64,000 nucleotides of DNA from Clostridiales bacterium (GCA_021205455.1 JAJPXL010000089.1:68570-132569), one strand, 5' to 3'; positions 46,682-56,413 are shown, counted from the first letter of the stretch. Notes: generated by a model from the letters alone, not told the origin. Numbers and translations are program-made.

Positions 46682-46710
46682 TTGCACAGGCGCTTCCTTT
46701 TCAGTATAAT
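46682..46710 (+). promoter_or_regulatory. Sigma-A promoter (TTGCAC-17-TATAAT)
   Basis: The hexamers and spacing were read directly, 60 nt upstream of the ATG at 46771. Confidence 0.6.
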
Positions 46711-46770
46711 AAATGCAGTCAATTACGGCCCGAAACGGCATCCACGCCGCAGCCTGACGGAGGTTCGCCT

Positions 46771-47289
46771 ATGAATATCGCTGCCCGCTCCGGAAAACTG
46801 CATACCCTCTGCACGGCGCTCTGCTGGTGCCTGTCCGTCCTCTGTGTCCTTTCTGCCCTGGGCAATCTAAGCACACCTGCGGCTCTGGTATTTTTTCTGC
46901 TGGCGGCTGCTGTTGCCAATCCGCTGGTGCATCGGATGCTGCCGGAGGCCAGGCCATGGATGTTTGTTCTGGCAGTCCTGGTGTGCATAATGGCGGCAGG
47001 CTCCTTCCGATCTGAAACGGAGCAGCCAGCGGAAGATGCCTCCTCTTCCCTATCCGGCGAAGCGCTTTCAGAGGAGGACTCTGCCGCTGCTTCCGCTGAG
47101 GGGGCCGAGTCAGCCCTGACTGTGGAAGCAGAGGACGCCGAGGAAATTCTGGTCTACGTCACAGAAAGCGGCGAGAAGTATCACCTGTCCACCTGCCGGT
47201 ATGTCAAGGACGGTGGCATTGCGCTTTCCCTCGCAGAGGCGAAGGAGCAGGGCTATGAGCCCTGCAAGGTGTGCTGTCCGCCGGAATAG
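46771..47289 (+). CDS. Hypothetical membrane protein with an acidic linker and a C-terminal Cys-rich (YH..C...CxxCC) motif
   Basis: GGAGGT RBS. Three or four hydrophobic helices. The tail reads GEKYHLSTCRYV...EPCKVCCPPE. No family was assigned. Confidence 0.55.
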   Translation: MNIAARSGKLHTLCTALCWCLSVLCVLSALGNLSTPAALVFFLLAAAVANPLVHRMLPEARPWMFVLAVLVCIMAAGSFRSETEQPAEDASSSLSGEALSEEDSAAASAEGAESALTVEAEDAEEILVYVTESGEKYHLSTCRYVKDGGIALSLAEAKEQGYEPCKVCCPPE

Positions 47290-47304
47290 GTTTGTAACGG
47301 TTAC

Positions 47305-47344
47305 TTAGCCGCATCTGCTATCCGATGCGGCTAAACTCTTTTTT
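47305..47344 (+). terminator. Terminator overlapping the 3' end of sigE
   Basis: TTAGCCGCATC / GATGCGGCTAA 11-bp stem, followed by ACTCTTTTTT on the plus strand. The sigE stop codon lies in the loop. Confidence 0.65.
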
Positions 47345-48070
47345 CAGCCGACCGATGATGCGCTTTTCCAGGCGGGAGATGTAGGACTGGGAAATCCCCA
47401 GGCAGTCCGCCACCTCCTTCTGCGTGCGGCTGTCCCGCCCGTCCAGGCCGAACCGCATGGTGATGATGCGCTTTTCCCGCTCATTCAGCTTCTCCAGCGC
47501 CTGGTAGAGGAGCCGCCTGTCCTCCCCTGCCTGCACAGGGCGCTCCACCAGGTCCTCCTCTGTCCCCAGGATGTCGGACAGCAGCAGCTCATTGCCGTCC
47601 CAATCCGTGTTCAGCGGTTCGTCGAAGGAGATCTCCGTCCGCTGGTTCGATGATTTCCGCAGGTGCATCAGTATTTCGTTTTCAATGCAGCGCGCAGCGT
47701 AGGTGGCCAGCTTGATGTTCTTCTCCGTATCGAAGGTGTTCACCGCCTTGATCAGGCCGATGGTGCCGATGGAGACCAGGTCATCCAGGTTGATGCCGGT
47801 GTTTTCAAACCGTCTGGCCAGGTAGACCACCAGACGCAGATTGTGCTCGATCAAGGTGTCGCGGGCCTGTTCGTCCCCCTCGCGGAGGGCCAGCAGCAGC
47901 CGCCGTTCCTCCTGTCTGTCCAGCGGCGGCAGGAGGTCGCTGCCTCCCACATAGTAGACGCCGCCGGGCCGTGGCAGCAGCCTGCGCCAGCCCCGCTTCA
48001 GCACCTGCCACAGACCGTTCAAACTCCAACCGCCATTTCTTCTCCCAACCCGATTGCTTTCCTGATACAT
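47318..48070 (-). CDS. sigE: Sporulation sigma factor SigE (pro-sigma-E)
   Basis: Sigma-70 regions 2-4 ([63 protein letters not shown]). There is an N-terminal pro-sequence, and the gene sits directly downstream of spoIIGA. AGGAGGG RBS. Confidence 0.85.
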   Translation of the reverse strand: MYQESNRVGRRNGGWSLNGLWQVLKRGWRRLLPRPGGVYYVGGSDLLPPLDRQEERRLLLALREGDEQARDTLIEHNLRLVVYLARRFENTGINLDDLVSIGTIGLIKAVNTFDTEKNIKLATYAARCIENEILMHLRKSSNQRTEISFDEPLNTDWDGNELLLSDILGTEEDLVERPVQAGEDRRLLYQALEKLNEREKRIITMRFGLDGRDSRTQKEVADCLGISQSYISRLEKRIIGRLKKEFSRIG

Positions 48071-48115
48071 GGTCTTTCCCTCCTGTGATGGCAAGCCTTG
48101 CGCTGCACCAAAATC

Positions 48116-48940
48116 CTACAACCCAATCAACGCCTGATACGCCCCGTCTGACAGCCGAACAGGGGAAATGGCCACCGGAAGCGCTCCCCGCTCCACACCA
48201 TCCACCTTGGCGCGCTGCGCGGTGAACGCCAGCAGGAATCCCTCTGTCTGCCGGACTGTGCGGCAGGGCAGCAGGCGAAGCCGCCCCTCCGGCCACACCG
48301 CAGACATCTCTGCCAAATGCTCCGCAGGCGCGGCGCAGGCCGCCTGCGTGATTTTTTCCGGCAGACAGGCAGCCAGGGCATCCCATTCCGCGACCAGCAC
48401 CCCCTTTCCGCTGATTGGGTCCCTCAGGCCGTTGCCGCTGTCTACCAGCGCCGTCAAAAGCCGCCGCTTTCCGTTGACCTCCAGCAGCACAGGCACCTTT
48501 TTGCCGCTTTTGCCGCTGGCCCTCCGTTCCAGCAGGGACGCCGCCGCCCAAAGGCCGCTCCCTGCCAGCAGCAGCAGTTCCCCGTCCCAGGCTGTGCCGG
48601 GAATCCCGTTGGCATAGGACAGGCTTCCCACCAGCCGCTCCAGCAGCAGGATGGCGCCGCCAAGGGCGCAGCTCAGCGTCAGCAGTACCCCGCCGGGCCA
48701 GAGCAGCCGCACCCCAAAGACGGCCAGCAGCATCACCGCCAGGGAGCCGACCTGACCAGGCGCACCGCTCAACCCCTCCAGGCCAGGCAGGAACACCGCG
48801 CAGGCGTATCCCCCGCCTATGGCCGCCGCCAGCGCCAGCCGGCCGGGCTTCACCGCCCTGCCCGTCAGCTTTCCGGTGGCAGACAGCAGCAGGGCGTCCA
48901 GCGCCGCATTTAAGACGAAAACGCCGTCTAAGTACACCAC
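48116..48940 (-). CDS. spoIIGA: Sigma-E processing peptidase SpoIIGA
   Basis: Polytopic N-terminal half starting VVYLDGVFVLNAALD. DSGN aspartic-protease motif (LVDSGNGLRDPISG). The GTG start at 48940 is my choice; the ORF is open up to 49045. Confidence 0.8.
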   Translation of the reverse strand: MVYLDGVFVLNAALDALLLSATGKLTGRAVKPGRLALAAAIGGGYACAVFLPGLEGLSGAPGQVGSLAVMLLAVFGVRLLWPGGVLLTLSCALGGAILLLERLVGSLSYANGIPGTAWDGELLLLAGSGLWAAASLLERRASGKSGKKVPVLLEVNGKRRLLTALVDSGNGLRDPISGKGVLVAEWDALAACLPEKITQAACAAPAEHLAEMSAVWPEGRLRLLPCRTVRQTEGFLLAFTAQRAKVDGVERGALPVAISPVRLSDGAYQALIGL

Positions 48941-49239
48941 CGCCGTATCCCCATTCCCCCTTTCCGCTGTGCGGAACAAGCATAGCACAGCGGGGCGGTA
49001 AAAAAGCGTCAAAAGCGGCTTCCCCGGAAAAAAGCGCCGGGACACGCTTCTCCGACAAGCGCCGTTCTCAATTCCGAATCCTCATCGCCTTATCTGTAAA
49101 GGCAAACGCCCTGACGGCAAGTGCTGCCAGGGCGCTGTTTTACGGTTCCCTCCTACATCTGCCGCAGCAACGGCAAAAATTTTTCGCAATTTCACAAACC
49201 TTTAAGGCGGATTGTGACGGTTTTTGTGCTTTCGTCAAA

Positions 49240-49268
49240 TTGCCGAAATGGGAAAAAAAGCATATAAT
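49240..49268 (+). promoter_or_regulatory. Sigma-A promoter (TTGCCG-17-TATAAT) for serA
   Basis: The hexamers and spacing were read directly. It predicts a leader of ~100 nt. Confidence 0.6.
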
Positions 49269-49292
49269 AGAGGGGCCGGATTAAGCAGGGGC

Positions 49293-49344
49293 GTGAGATT
49301 GAAGCGTTCCGGCGCCGGCAGGAAATGTGCGGTGAGATTGAAGC
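49293..49344 (+). repeat. Two exact 13-nt direct repeats (GTGAGATTGAAGC) flanking a 10-nt palindrome in the serA leader
   Basis: Copies at 49293-49305 and 49332-49344. CCGGCGCCGG lies at 49309-49318. Confidence 0.85.
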
Positions 49345-49371
49345 CGTAAATTTGAAAGGGGTATCCTAAAA

Positions 49372-50535
49372 ATGTATCGCATCCAAACCATGAACAAAAT
49401 CGCATCGGTGGGCCTGAACCGCCTGGACAAGAACCGCTATCAGGTCTCTGATGACTTTGACAAGTACGATGGCATCATCGTCCGCAGCGCAAAGCTGCAC
49501 GATGTACCCTTCCCGAAGGAGCTGCTGGCCATTGCCCGCGCTGGTGCGGGCACCAACAATATCCCCATCGACCGTTGCTGCAGGGATGGCATCGTCGTAT
49601 TCAACACCCCGGGGGCCAACGCCAACGCAGTCAAGGAGCAGGTGCTGGCTTCCCTGCTGCTCAGCTCCCGCGACCTGGTGGGCGGCATCCAATGGGTAAA
49701 GGACCAGGTGGCCGCCGGTATCGACGTGACCACCGTTGTGGAAAAGGGCAAATCCGCCTTTGCCGGGCCGGAGCTGGCCGGTAAGTCTCTGGGCATCATC
49801 GGTCTGGGGGCCATCGGCGCAAAGGTGGCGAATATGGCCATCGCCCTGGGCATGGACGTGCTGGGCTATGACCCGTTCCTGTCTGTGGACGCAGCCCTGG
49901 GGCTGGACATCCATGTGAAGCATATCACGGATTTGGACGAACTGCTCCGCAGCTCTGATTATATCACCATTCATATTCCCTATAACAAGGAGACGGCCAA
50001 CACCATCGACGCCGAGGCCATTTCCAAAATGAAGGGCGGCGTCCGCATCATCAACCTGGCCCGCGGCGGCCTGGTGAACAACGATGCCCTGATTCAGGGG
50101 CTGGAATCCGGCCATGTGGCCGCCTATGTGACGGACTTCCCGGATAACCAACTGGTGGGCGTGAAGAACGTCATCGGCACCCCCCACCTGGCGGCTTCCA
50201 CGCCGGAGAGCGAGAACAACTGCGCGGTCATGGCCGCCCAGGAGATCAGCGACTATCTGGAGAACGGCAACATCACCAATGCGGTGAATATGCCCCAGGT
50301 CTCCATGCAGCGATCCGGCCGCTGCCGGGTCTGCGTGATTCATAAAAACGTCCCCACCGTGCTGAACTCCATCCTGAACCTGTTCTCTGCCACCCAGATG
50401 AACATTGAGAACATGATCAACCGCTCCCGCAAGGAGATGGCCTATACTATCATCGATTTAGACACCAAGGTGGGCGACAGTATTGTGGAGAAAATTATGC
50501 AGATTCCCAACGTAATTCGCGTGCGGGTGCTGTAA
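49372..50535 (+). CDS. serA: D-3-phosphoglycerate dehydrogenase with a C-terminal ACT domain
   Basis: 2-hydroxyacid dehydrogenase NAD motif (GIIGLGAIGAKVA), catalytic region (ARGGLV...TPHLAAST) and an ACT-like tail. Confidence 0.85.
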   Translation: MYRIQTMNKIASVGLNRLDKNRYQVSDDFDKYDGIIVRSAKLHDVPFPKELLAIARAGAGTNNIPIDRCCRDGIVVFNTPGANANAVKEQVLASLLLSSRDLVGGIQWVKDQVAAGIDVTTVVEKGKSAFAGPELAGKSLGIIGLGAIGAKVANMAIALGMDVLGYDPFLSVDAALGLDIHVKHITDLDELLRSSDYITIHIPYNKETANTIDAEAISKMKGGVRIINLARGGLVNNDALIQGLESGHVAAYVTDFPDNQLVGVKNVIGTPHLAASTPESENNCAVMAAQEISDYLENGNITNAVNMPQVSMQRSGRCRVCVIHKNVPTVLNSILNLFSATQMNIENMINRSRKEMAYTIIDLDTKVGDSIVEKIMQIPNVIRVRVL

Positions 50536-50561
50536 CCGTCCCCTCTGCGGACAGCAATGCA

Positions 50562-50601
50562 AAAAGCGTTCCCTTTCCGTGTCGAAAGGGGGCGCTTTTT
50601 C
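50562..50601 (+). terminator. Terminator after serA
   Basis: AAAGCG..CCCTTTC / GAAAGGG..CGCTTT stem, followed by TTTTCTG. Confidence 0.65.
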
Positions 50602-50699
50602 TGCCATTACGGGAAATTATATGCCAGGTCCGACAAAAATCTCAGGAAATCTCCGCCAGAAAATCGTCAACTGTCACAACAAAAAATTTTACCGGAACA

Positions 50700-50728
50700 T
50701 TGTGTTTTGGGGGCTAAAACGGTATAAT
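50700..50728 (+). promoter_or_regulatory. Sigma-A promoter (TTGTGT-17-TATAAT) for potABCD
   Basis: The hexamers and spacing were read directly, 66 nt upstream of the potA ATG. Confidence 0.6.
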
Positions 50729-50794
50729 CAACGTAGTCTTGCGCCTTTGAGAGAGGCGTGAGGGAATAATGACTCACATTGAGGGGGAGGATAA

Positions 50795-51835
50795 ATGTCC
50801 AAGGAACTGATTCGGCTGAACGAGGTTTCCATGATTTTTGACGAAGATCTCGTGCTTGATCGTATCAATTTGTATATCAACGATGCGGAATTTTTGACCC
50901 TGTTGGGTCCATCCGGCTGCGGGAAGACCACTACGCTGCGCATCATCGGCGGCTTCCAGACGCCGACCAGCGGCGATGTCCTGTTTGACGGCAACCGGAT
51001 CAACGACCTGCCGCCCTATAAAAGGCAGATCAATACGGTGTTTCAGAAATATGCGCTCTTTACGCATATGAACATCTATGAGAACGTGGCCTTTGGCCTG
51101 CGCATTTCCAAAACCCCCGAGGCAGAGGTTCGCCAGCGGGTGAAGGATGCGCTGTCCATGGTGAACCTTTCCGGCTTTGAAAAGCGAAGTACCACCTCCC
51201 TTTCCGGCGGACAGCAGCAGCGGGTGGCCATCGCCCGGGCGATCGTCAACCGGCCCAAGGTGCTTCTGCTGGATGAGCCGCTGGGCGCTCTGGACTTGAA
51301 GCTGCGCAAGGAGATGCAGACAGAGCTGAAAAAGATTCAGCAGCAGGTAGGCATCACTTTCATCTATGTGACCCATGACCAGGAAGAGGCCCTGACCATG
51401 AGCGACACCATCGTTGTTATGAACGAAGGCAAGATTCAGCAAATCGGTACCCCATTGGATATTTACAATGAACCGAAGAACGCCTTTGTGGCGAACTTTA
51501 TCGGTGAGAGCAATATTGTGGACGCCATTATGGAGGAGGACTATAAGGTCACCTTCAGCGGCCGCACCTTTGACTGTGTTGACCACGGTTTCGCCCGGCG
51601 GGAACGGGTGGATGTGGTGGTGCGCCCTGAGGATCTGTTGATTTCCGGACCGGAGGAGGGGCAAATCGCCGGAACGGTGGAGAACATCGTCTTTAAGGGC
51701 ATCTACTACGAGATGATGATACGGGCGGCGGACGGCTTTGCATGGAAGGTGCAGAACACCCACGCCTATGATGTGGGCACCCGTCTGGGCCTGTCCGTGG
51801 AGCCGGAGAACATCCAGGTCATGCACAAGAATTGA
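50795..51835 (+). CDS. potA: Spermidine/putrescine ABC transporter ATP-binding protein
   Basis: Walker A (GPSGCGKTT), [25 protein letters not shown] and a TOBE-like C-terminal domain. Confidence 0.9.
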   Translation: MSKELIRLNEVSMIFDEDLVLDRINLYINDAEFLTLLGPSGCGKTTTLRIIGGFQTPTSGDVLFDGNRINDLPPYKRQINTVFQKYALFTHMNIYENVAFGLRISKTPEAEVRQRVKDALSMVNLSGFEKRSTTSLSGGQQQRVAIARAIVNRPKVLLLDEPLGALDLKLRKEMQTELKKIQQQVGITFIYVTHDQEEALTMSDTIVVMNEGKIQQIGTPLDIYNEPKNAFVANFIGESNIVDAIMEEDYKVTFSGRTFDCVDHGFARRERVDVVVRPEDLLISGPEEGQIAGTVENIVFKGIYYEMMIRAADGFAWKVQNTHAYDVGTRLGLSVEPENIQVMHKN

Positions 51836-51846
51836 GGTGAGGGCAG

Positions 51847-52692
51847 ATGAAAAAGAAGCTCCTCGCCGTTCCCTATGTGGTCTGGATGGCGATATTCGTC
51901 ATCGTTCCGCTGCTTTTGGTGGTGGGCTATGCCTTCACCACCCGTGACGGCGGCTTTTCCCTGGAAAACTTCAAAACCATGACCCAGTATTGGCCTGTGT
52001 TCCTGACCTCCTTCCGGCTGGCGCTGATTGCCACCCTGATTTGCCTGCTGATCGGCTATCCGGTGGCCTACTGGATTTCCCGGGAAAGCGCCAACGTCCG
52101 GCGCATCGCCATGGTGCTGATCATGCTGCCCATGTGGATGAACTTCCTGCTGCGCACCTACGCCTGGATGAGCCTGCTGGAGAACACCGGCATCATCAAC
52201 ACATTCCTGCAAAATATTGGGTTCTTTGACCTGATTAACCGGATTTTTGGCACAGATATTGCATATTTTCATATGATAAACACACCCGGAGCCGTTGTGC
52301 TGGGCATGGTATACAACTACCTGCCCTTCATGATTATGCCCATCACCACCGTCATTGAAAAAATCGACCCCAGCGTGGTAGAGGCCGCGGAGGACTTGGG
52401 CGCCAGCGGCGTCCAGGTGTTCAGCCGGGTCATCTTCCCGCTGAGCCTGCCCGGGGTGCTGTCCGGCATCACCATGGTGTTTATCCCGTCCGTATCCACC
52501 TTTGCCATCTCCTCCCTGCTGGGCGGCGGCATGACACTGCTGCTGGGCGACCTGATTCAAACCCAGTTCTACGGCAGCGCCTATAACCCGTACCTCGGCT
52601 CCGCCATCAGCCTTGTGATGATGGTGATCGTCCTGGTGATGATGGCAATTATGAACCACTTCGGTGAGGGAGAGGAGACGGCAATCTATTGA
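51847..52692 (+). CDS. potB: Spermidine/putrescine ABC transporter permease
   Basis: 6-TM permease with an EAA loop (VEAAEDLGASGVQVFSRVIFPLSLPG). Confidence 0.85.
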   Translation: MKKKLLAVPYVVWMAIFVIVPLLLVVGYAFTTRDGGFSLENFKTMTQYWPVFLTSFRLALIATLICLLIGYPVAYWISRESANVRRIAMVLIMLPMWMNFLLRTYAWMSLLENTGIINTFLQNIGFFDLINRIFGTDIAYFHMINTPGAVVLGMVYNYLPFMIMPITTVIEKIDPSVVEAAEDLGASGVQVFSRVIFPLSLPGVLSGITMVFIPSVSTFAISSLLGGGMTLLLGDLIQTQFYGSAYNPYLGSAISLVMMVIVLVMMAIMNHFGEGEETAIY

Positions 52693-53546
52693 AAAAGAAT
52701 GGTGTATTTTCCCGTCTGGCCCTGCTGCTGACGGCGGTGTTCCTGTACGCGCCCATTGTGGTGCTGATCGTATTCTCCTTCAACTCCTCCAAGAGCCGGA
52801 CGGTTTGGACCGGCTTCTCCCTGGAGTGGTACCAGGACTTGTTTGAGGACAGCCGGATTTTGAGCGCGCTGTTCACGACCCTGGAGGTCTCCGTCCTGGC
52901 CATGATTGTTTCCACGATTTTGGGGACGATGGCAGCCATCGGCTTCTTCAACATGAGGAAACGTCCCCGCTCGGTCTGTATGGCCGTCAACAACATCCCC
53001 ATGACCAATGCGGACATCATCACCGGCGTCAGCCTGATGCTGCTGTTCGTCTTTGCCATCGGCGTATTCAACAGCACCCTTGGCAGCGTGACGGGTACAG
53101 AACTGAAGATGGGATTCGGTACGCTCTTGCTGGCCCACATCACCTTTGACATCCCCTATGTGATTTTGTCGGTCATGCCCAAGCTGCGGCAATGCGACCC
53201 AAACATCGAGGAGGCTGCCCTGGACTTGGGGGCCACCCCCTGGCAGGCGTTCACCAAGGTGGTGCTGCCGGAGATTCAGCCCGGCGTGGTGAACGGGGCC
53301 ATCATGGCCTTCACCATGAGCGTTGACGACTTTGTGATTTCCTACTTCACCGCTGGCTCCAACACCTCCACCCTGGCCATGGAGATTTATTCCATGACCC
53401 GCAAGCGCATCAGCCCGGAAATCAACGCGCTGTCCACGCTGATGTTTGCGGTGGTGCTGAGCCTGCTGGCCATTGTGAATATCCGCTCCGCCCAGCAGGA
53501 GCGGGCGGCCGCCAGACGGGAAGCCGAGCTACGGCAGAAGAATTAA
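52689..53546 (+). CDS. potC: Spermidine/putrescine ABC transporter permease
   Basis: The TTG start overlaps the potB stop (TTGA). EAA loop (EEAALDLGATPWQAFTKVVLPEIQPG). Confidence 0.85.
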   Translation: MKKNGVFSRLALLLTAVFLYAPIVVLIVFSFNSSKSRTVWTGFSLEWYQDLFEDSRILSALFTTLEVSVLAMIVSTILGTMAAIGFFNMRKRPRSVCMAVNNIPMTNADIITGVSLMLLFVFAIGVFNSTLGSVTGTELKMGFGTLLLAHITFDIPYVILSVMPKLRQCDPNIEEAALDLGATPWQAFTKVVLPEIQPGVVNGAIMAFTMSVDDFVISYFTAGSNTSTLAMEIYSMTRKRISPEINALSTLMFAVVLSLLAIVNIRSAQQERAAARREAELRQKN

Positions 53547-53581
53547 AGAAAACCAAGAGAGAACAAAAGGAGGGCACTTCC

Positions 53582-54634
53582 ATGAACAAAAAGCAACTGA
53601 TTGCCTTTGGCACCGCTCTGACGCTGTGCCTGCCCCTGACCGCCTGCGGCAGCTCCGGCAGCGAGAGCAACGGCGAGGTCAACGTCTACAACTGGGGCGA
53701 ATATATGGACGAGGATTTGCTGGACCAGTTTGAAGAGGAGACCGGCATCAAGGTCAACTACTCCACCTACTCTGATAATGAATCCCTGTACGCCACCCTG
53801 AAAAGCGGTTCCGGCGGCTACGATGTCATCATTCCGTCCGACTATATGATTTCCCGCATGATCGAGGAGGATATGCTGCTGGAGCTGGACTTTGACCAGA
53901 TTCCCAACTACGAGTATATCGATGAGGACTACAAGGGCCTGGAGTACGACCCGGACAACGCCTATTCCGTGCCCTATATGTGGGGCGTGGTGGGCATCGT
54001 GTACAACACCACCATGGTGGACTATGAGCCCACCAGCTGGGACATCCTGTGGGATGAGGACCTGTCCGGTCAAATCCTGATGTTTGACAACAGCCGGGAC
54101 GCCATCGGTATCGCCCTGAAGCTGCTGGGCTACTCCTACAACACCACCAGCGAGGACGAGATTGTGGAGGCTGTGGACAAGCTGATAGAGCAGAAGCCCC
54201 TGGTGCAGGCCTATGTGATGGACCAGATTTTTGACAAGATGGAGGCCGGAGAGGCGGCGGTCGGCCCCTACTACGCAGGCGACGCCATCACCATGATGGA
54301 GGAGAATCCTGACCTGGCCTTCTTCATCCCGGAAGAGGGCACCAACTACTATGTGGACGCCATGTGCATCCCCAAGGACGCCGACAATGTGGAGAACGCC
54401 CTGGCCTTCATCAACTTCATGTGTGACCCGGAGTCCTCTGCCGCCAACGCGGAGTATATCTACTACTCCACGCCGGAGAGCGCCGCCAAGGAGCTGCTGT
54501 CGGATGAGCTGAAAAGCAGCGAAATCGCCTACCCCTCCCAGGAGACTATGAACCTGACGGAGGTGTACACCAATCTGCCGCAGGACATTCTGGACCTGTA
54601 CGATTCGGAATGGCTGCGCCTGAAGGCGTCCTGA
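53582..54634 (+). CDS. potD: Spermidine/putrescine-binding lipoprotein
   Basis: Signal peptide plus lipobox (LCLPLTACGS). PotD-like body (VNVYNWGEYMDEDLL..., IIPSDYMI, YMWG). Confidence 0.85.
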   Translation: MNKKQLIAFGTALTLCLPLTACGSSGSESNGEVNVYNWGEYMDEDLLDQFEEETGIKVNYSTYSDNESLYATLKSGSGGYDVIIPSDYMISRMIEEDMLLELDFDQIPNYEYIDEDYKGLEYDPDNAYSVPYMWGVVGIVYNTTMVDYEPTSWDILWDEDLSGQILMFDNSRDAIGIALKLLGYSYNTTSEDEIVEAVDKLIEQKPLVQAYVMDQIFDKMEAGEAAVGPYYAGDAITMMEENPDLAFFIPEEGTNYYVDAMCIPKDADNVENALAFINFMCDPESSAANAEYIYYSTPESAAKELLSDELKSSEIAYPSQETMNLTEVYTNLPQDILDLYDSEWLRLKAS

Positions 54635-54655
54635 CCTGAGAACAAATACCCAAAA

Positions 54656-54694
54656 GAAAACGGGGCTGCAACCGCAGCCCCGTTTCTTCTTTTG
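54656..54694. terminator. Bidirectional terminator between potD and the BMP lipoprotein gene
   Basis: GAAAACGGGGCTGC / GCAGCCCCGTTTC 13-bp stem, 4-nt loop, followed by TTCTTTT. Confidence 0.8.
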
Positions 54695-54769
54695 CGTCCG
54701 GCGGCGCACAATGCGCTCCCGGACTGACAGCTTCTCCTGCTTTTCGTTGTCCGTCGCACAGGCGGCGGT

Positions 54770-55849
54770 TCAGCTCTTGTTGGCAGATACCACCCGCAGG
54801 GTGGGCGCCTCGCTGATGCTGTCAGAAATGACGATATAGCCGTCAATGATGTCCTGCACCAGCAGGGCATAGTCATCATAGCTCATCCCGGTGAACGGCC
54901 AGTCCTCTTCCGTCACATCCAGGCCCATACAGCCCTCCGCCAGCCCTACGGTGGTCGTTTGGCCCGCCGCCGCGGTCCCCCACTCCCAGTCGTTTTTCTC
55001 CAGGCTGTCCAGCGCCAGCGCAATGGCCGTGTCAAACCGCTTTACAGCGGAGATAAAAACCTGGTCGCCCTGACGGGAGAAGTCGGAGAGAATCACCTTT
55101 TTGTCGCTGGCCGCCGCTGCGCTGAGTACATTTTCCACGCCGTCGCCGCAGGCGGAGAAGATTACGCCGACGCCTTTGCCGTACCACTTTTCACAGGTGC
55201 TTTCCAGGCTGTCACTGGCGTCAAAGGTGTCGGAGTAGGTATAGCGAACCGTCACGTCGCCCTCCTCCAGCCGCAGCTCATAAGCCGCCTGGTCGGCCCC
55301 CTGCAGGAAGCCGTACAGGTACTGAATCACCCCGGTCAGCTGTACGCCGCCCACGAAGCCCAGACGCCGGTACCCTTCCGCCACGGCGACATATCCGGCT
55401 AAAAATCCGGCCTGCTCCTCCTGAAAGAGGACGCAGTGTACATTTTCCGCCGTCTCATAGTTGTAGTCAATGTCATGGGGCTCCCCATCCAGCAGCAGGA
55501 TTTGAAGGCTGCTGTGCGCCGATTGCATCTCATAAACCGGCTGCTCAAAGCTGCTGCCCGCCACCACAAGCACCCGGACGCCGTCCTCATAGGCCTGGTC
55601 CATGCTGTTATACAGATCCTCTGTGGCGGTGCCCTCCGGCACATAGCAGGCAACCTCATAGCCTGCTTCTTCGCACCATGCCTGAACGCCCTCGTATACC
55701 GCCTGGTTGTACGAGCCGTCCTGGAGGGAGCCGCCGTCCGTCACCACTGCAATGGTGCGGGCGCTTTCCGTCTGCTCTCCGCAACCCGCCAGCCCCACAG
55801 TCAGCAGCAGGGCCAGCAGGGCGCAGATACCTTTCACGCTGTGTTTCAT
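54770..55849 (-). CDS. BMP-family (PnrA-like) ABC substrate-binding lipoprotein, no cognate permease or ATPase adjacent
   Basis: Lipobox LTVGLAGCG. BMP signature region (IAVVTDGGSLQDGSYNQAVYEG). Confidence 0.8.
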   Translation of the reverse strand: MKHSVKGICALLALLLTVGLAGCGEQTESARTIAVVTDGGSLQDGSYNQAVYEGVQAWCEEAGYEVACYVPEGTATEDLYNSMDQAYEDGVRVLVVAGSSFEQPVYEMQSAHSSLQILLLDGEPHDIDYNYETAENVHCVLFQEEQAGFLAGYVAVAEGYRRLGFVGGVQLTGVIQYLYGFLQGADQAAYELRLEEGDVTVRYTYSDTFDASDSLESTCEKWYGKGVGVIFSACGDGVENVLSAAAASDKKVILSDFSRQGDQVFISAVKRFDTAIALALDSLEKNDWEWGTAAAGQTTTVGLAEGCMGLDVTEEDWPFTGMSYDDYALLVQDIIDGYIVISDSISEAPTLRVVSANKS

Positions 55850-56332
55850 TTACTCTGATTTTCCTCCCGGCACTGTGCGGTGAAGCCAGTAGCTGTGCAT
55901 CTTGAACCCCTTTTCATAGGTGGTCTCCCGACCCAGGAAGGGCAGCGGCTGCCAGGCCGCTGCCGCCTCCTCAGAGGGAAACTCCACCTCCGCATAGGAG
56001 AAAACGCCCCCATCCACGATGGAGCATTCCAGCGTATACCCGTCCTCCAGCCTGTAAGCCCGATAATCCTTGCAAATCATGGGCCGATCCAGCAGCCCTT
56101 TCAGCTCCTCATACTGCTGCGCCTCCAGGGATGTCTCCACCTCATGCCGGGCCAGGTCGCCCTGGCTCTTAATGGTCAGGCGATAGGTGCATTGCCCCGT
56201 GGCGCAGTCCTCACTTTTACGGATGCGCACCTCGAAGGGCGTGATGCTCAGATAGCCCTGCTCTGTCCTTTTGTGTACCAGGCAGGGTAAATCCGGGAAT
56301 TGGTCTATCCAAAATTTGCGTTCGATTTCCAC
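55850..56332 (-). CDS. CYTH-domain protein (triphosphate tunnel metalloenzyme)
   Basis: The ExExK opening (MEIERKF) is typical of CYTH. GTG start with an AAGGAGG RBS. The stop abuts the BMP gene start with no gap. Confidence 0.75.
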   Translation of the reverse strand: MEIERKFWIDQFPDLPCLVHKRTEQGYLSITPFEVRIRKSEDCATGQCTYRLTIKSQGDLARHEVETSLEAQQYEELKGLLDRPMICKDYRAYRLEDGYTLECSIVDGGVFSYAEVEFPSEEAAAAWQPLPFLGRETTYEKGFKMHSYWLHRTVPGGKSE

Positions 56333-56384
56333 TTGAAAGGTCCTCCTTACACCGGACGCTGTCGTGTTTCCTTGTCACACAGTC

Positions 56385-56413
56385 ATTATACCATTTTTGC
56401 GCAGGCCTGTAAA
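56385..56413 (-). promoter_or_regulatory. Sigma-A promoter (TTTACA-17-TGgTATAAT) for the CYTH-BMP pair
   Basis: Read on the minus strand; an extended -10 is present. Confidence 0.6.

Noticed and set aside
47318-48070. sigG expected directly after sigE, as in the Bacillus spoIIGA-sigE-sigG arrangement.
   Set aside because: The next feature is a terminator and a convergent unrelated gene. The absence of sigG is simply noted and is not treated as an anomaly, because the order varies in Clostridia.
49046-49240. Spo0A boxes or a defined promoter for spoIIGA.
   Set aside because: Only degenerate 0A-box-like heptamers were found (TGACGAA from 49231-49237 and TGTCGGA from 49051-49057, both read on the minus strand). 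No convincing -35/-10 pair was found, so this is too weak to annotate.
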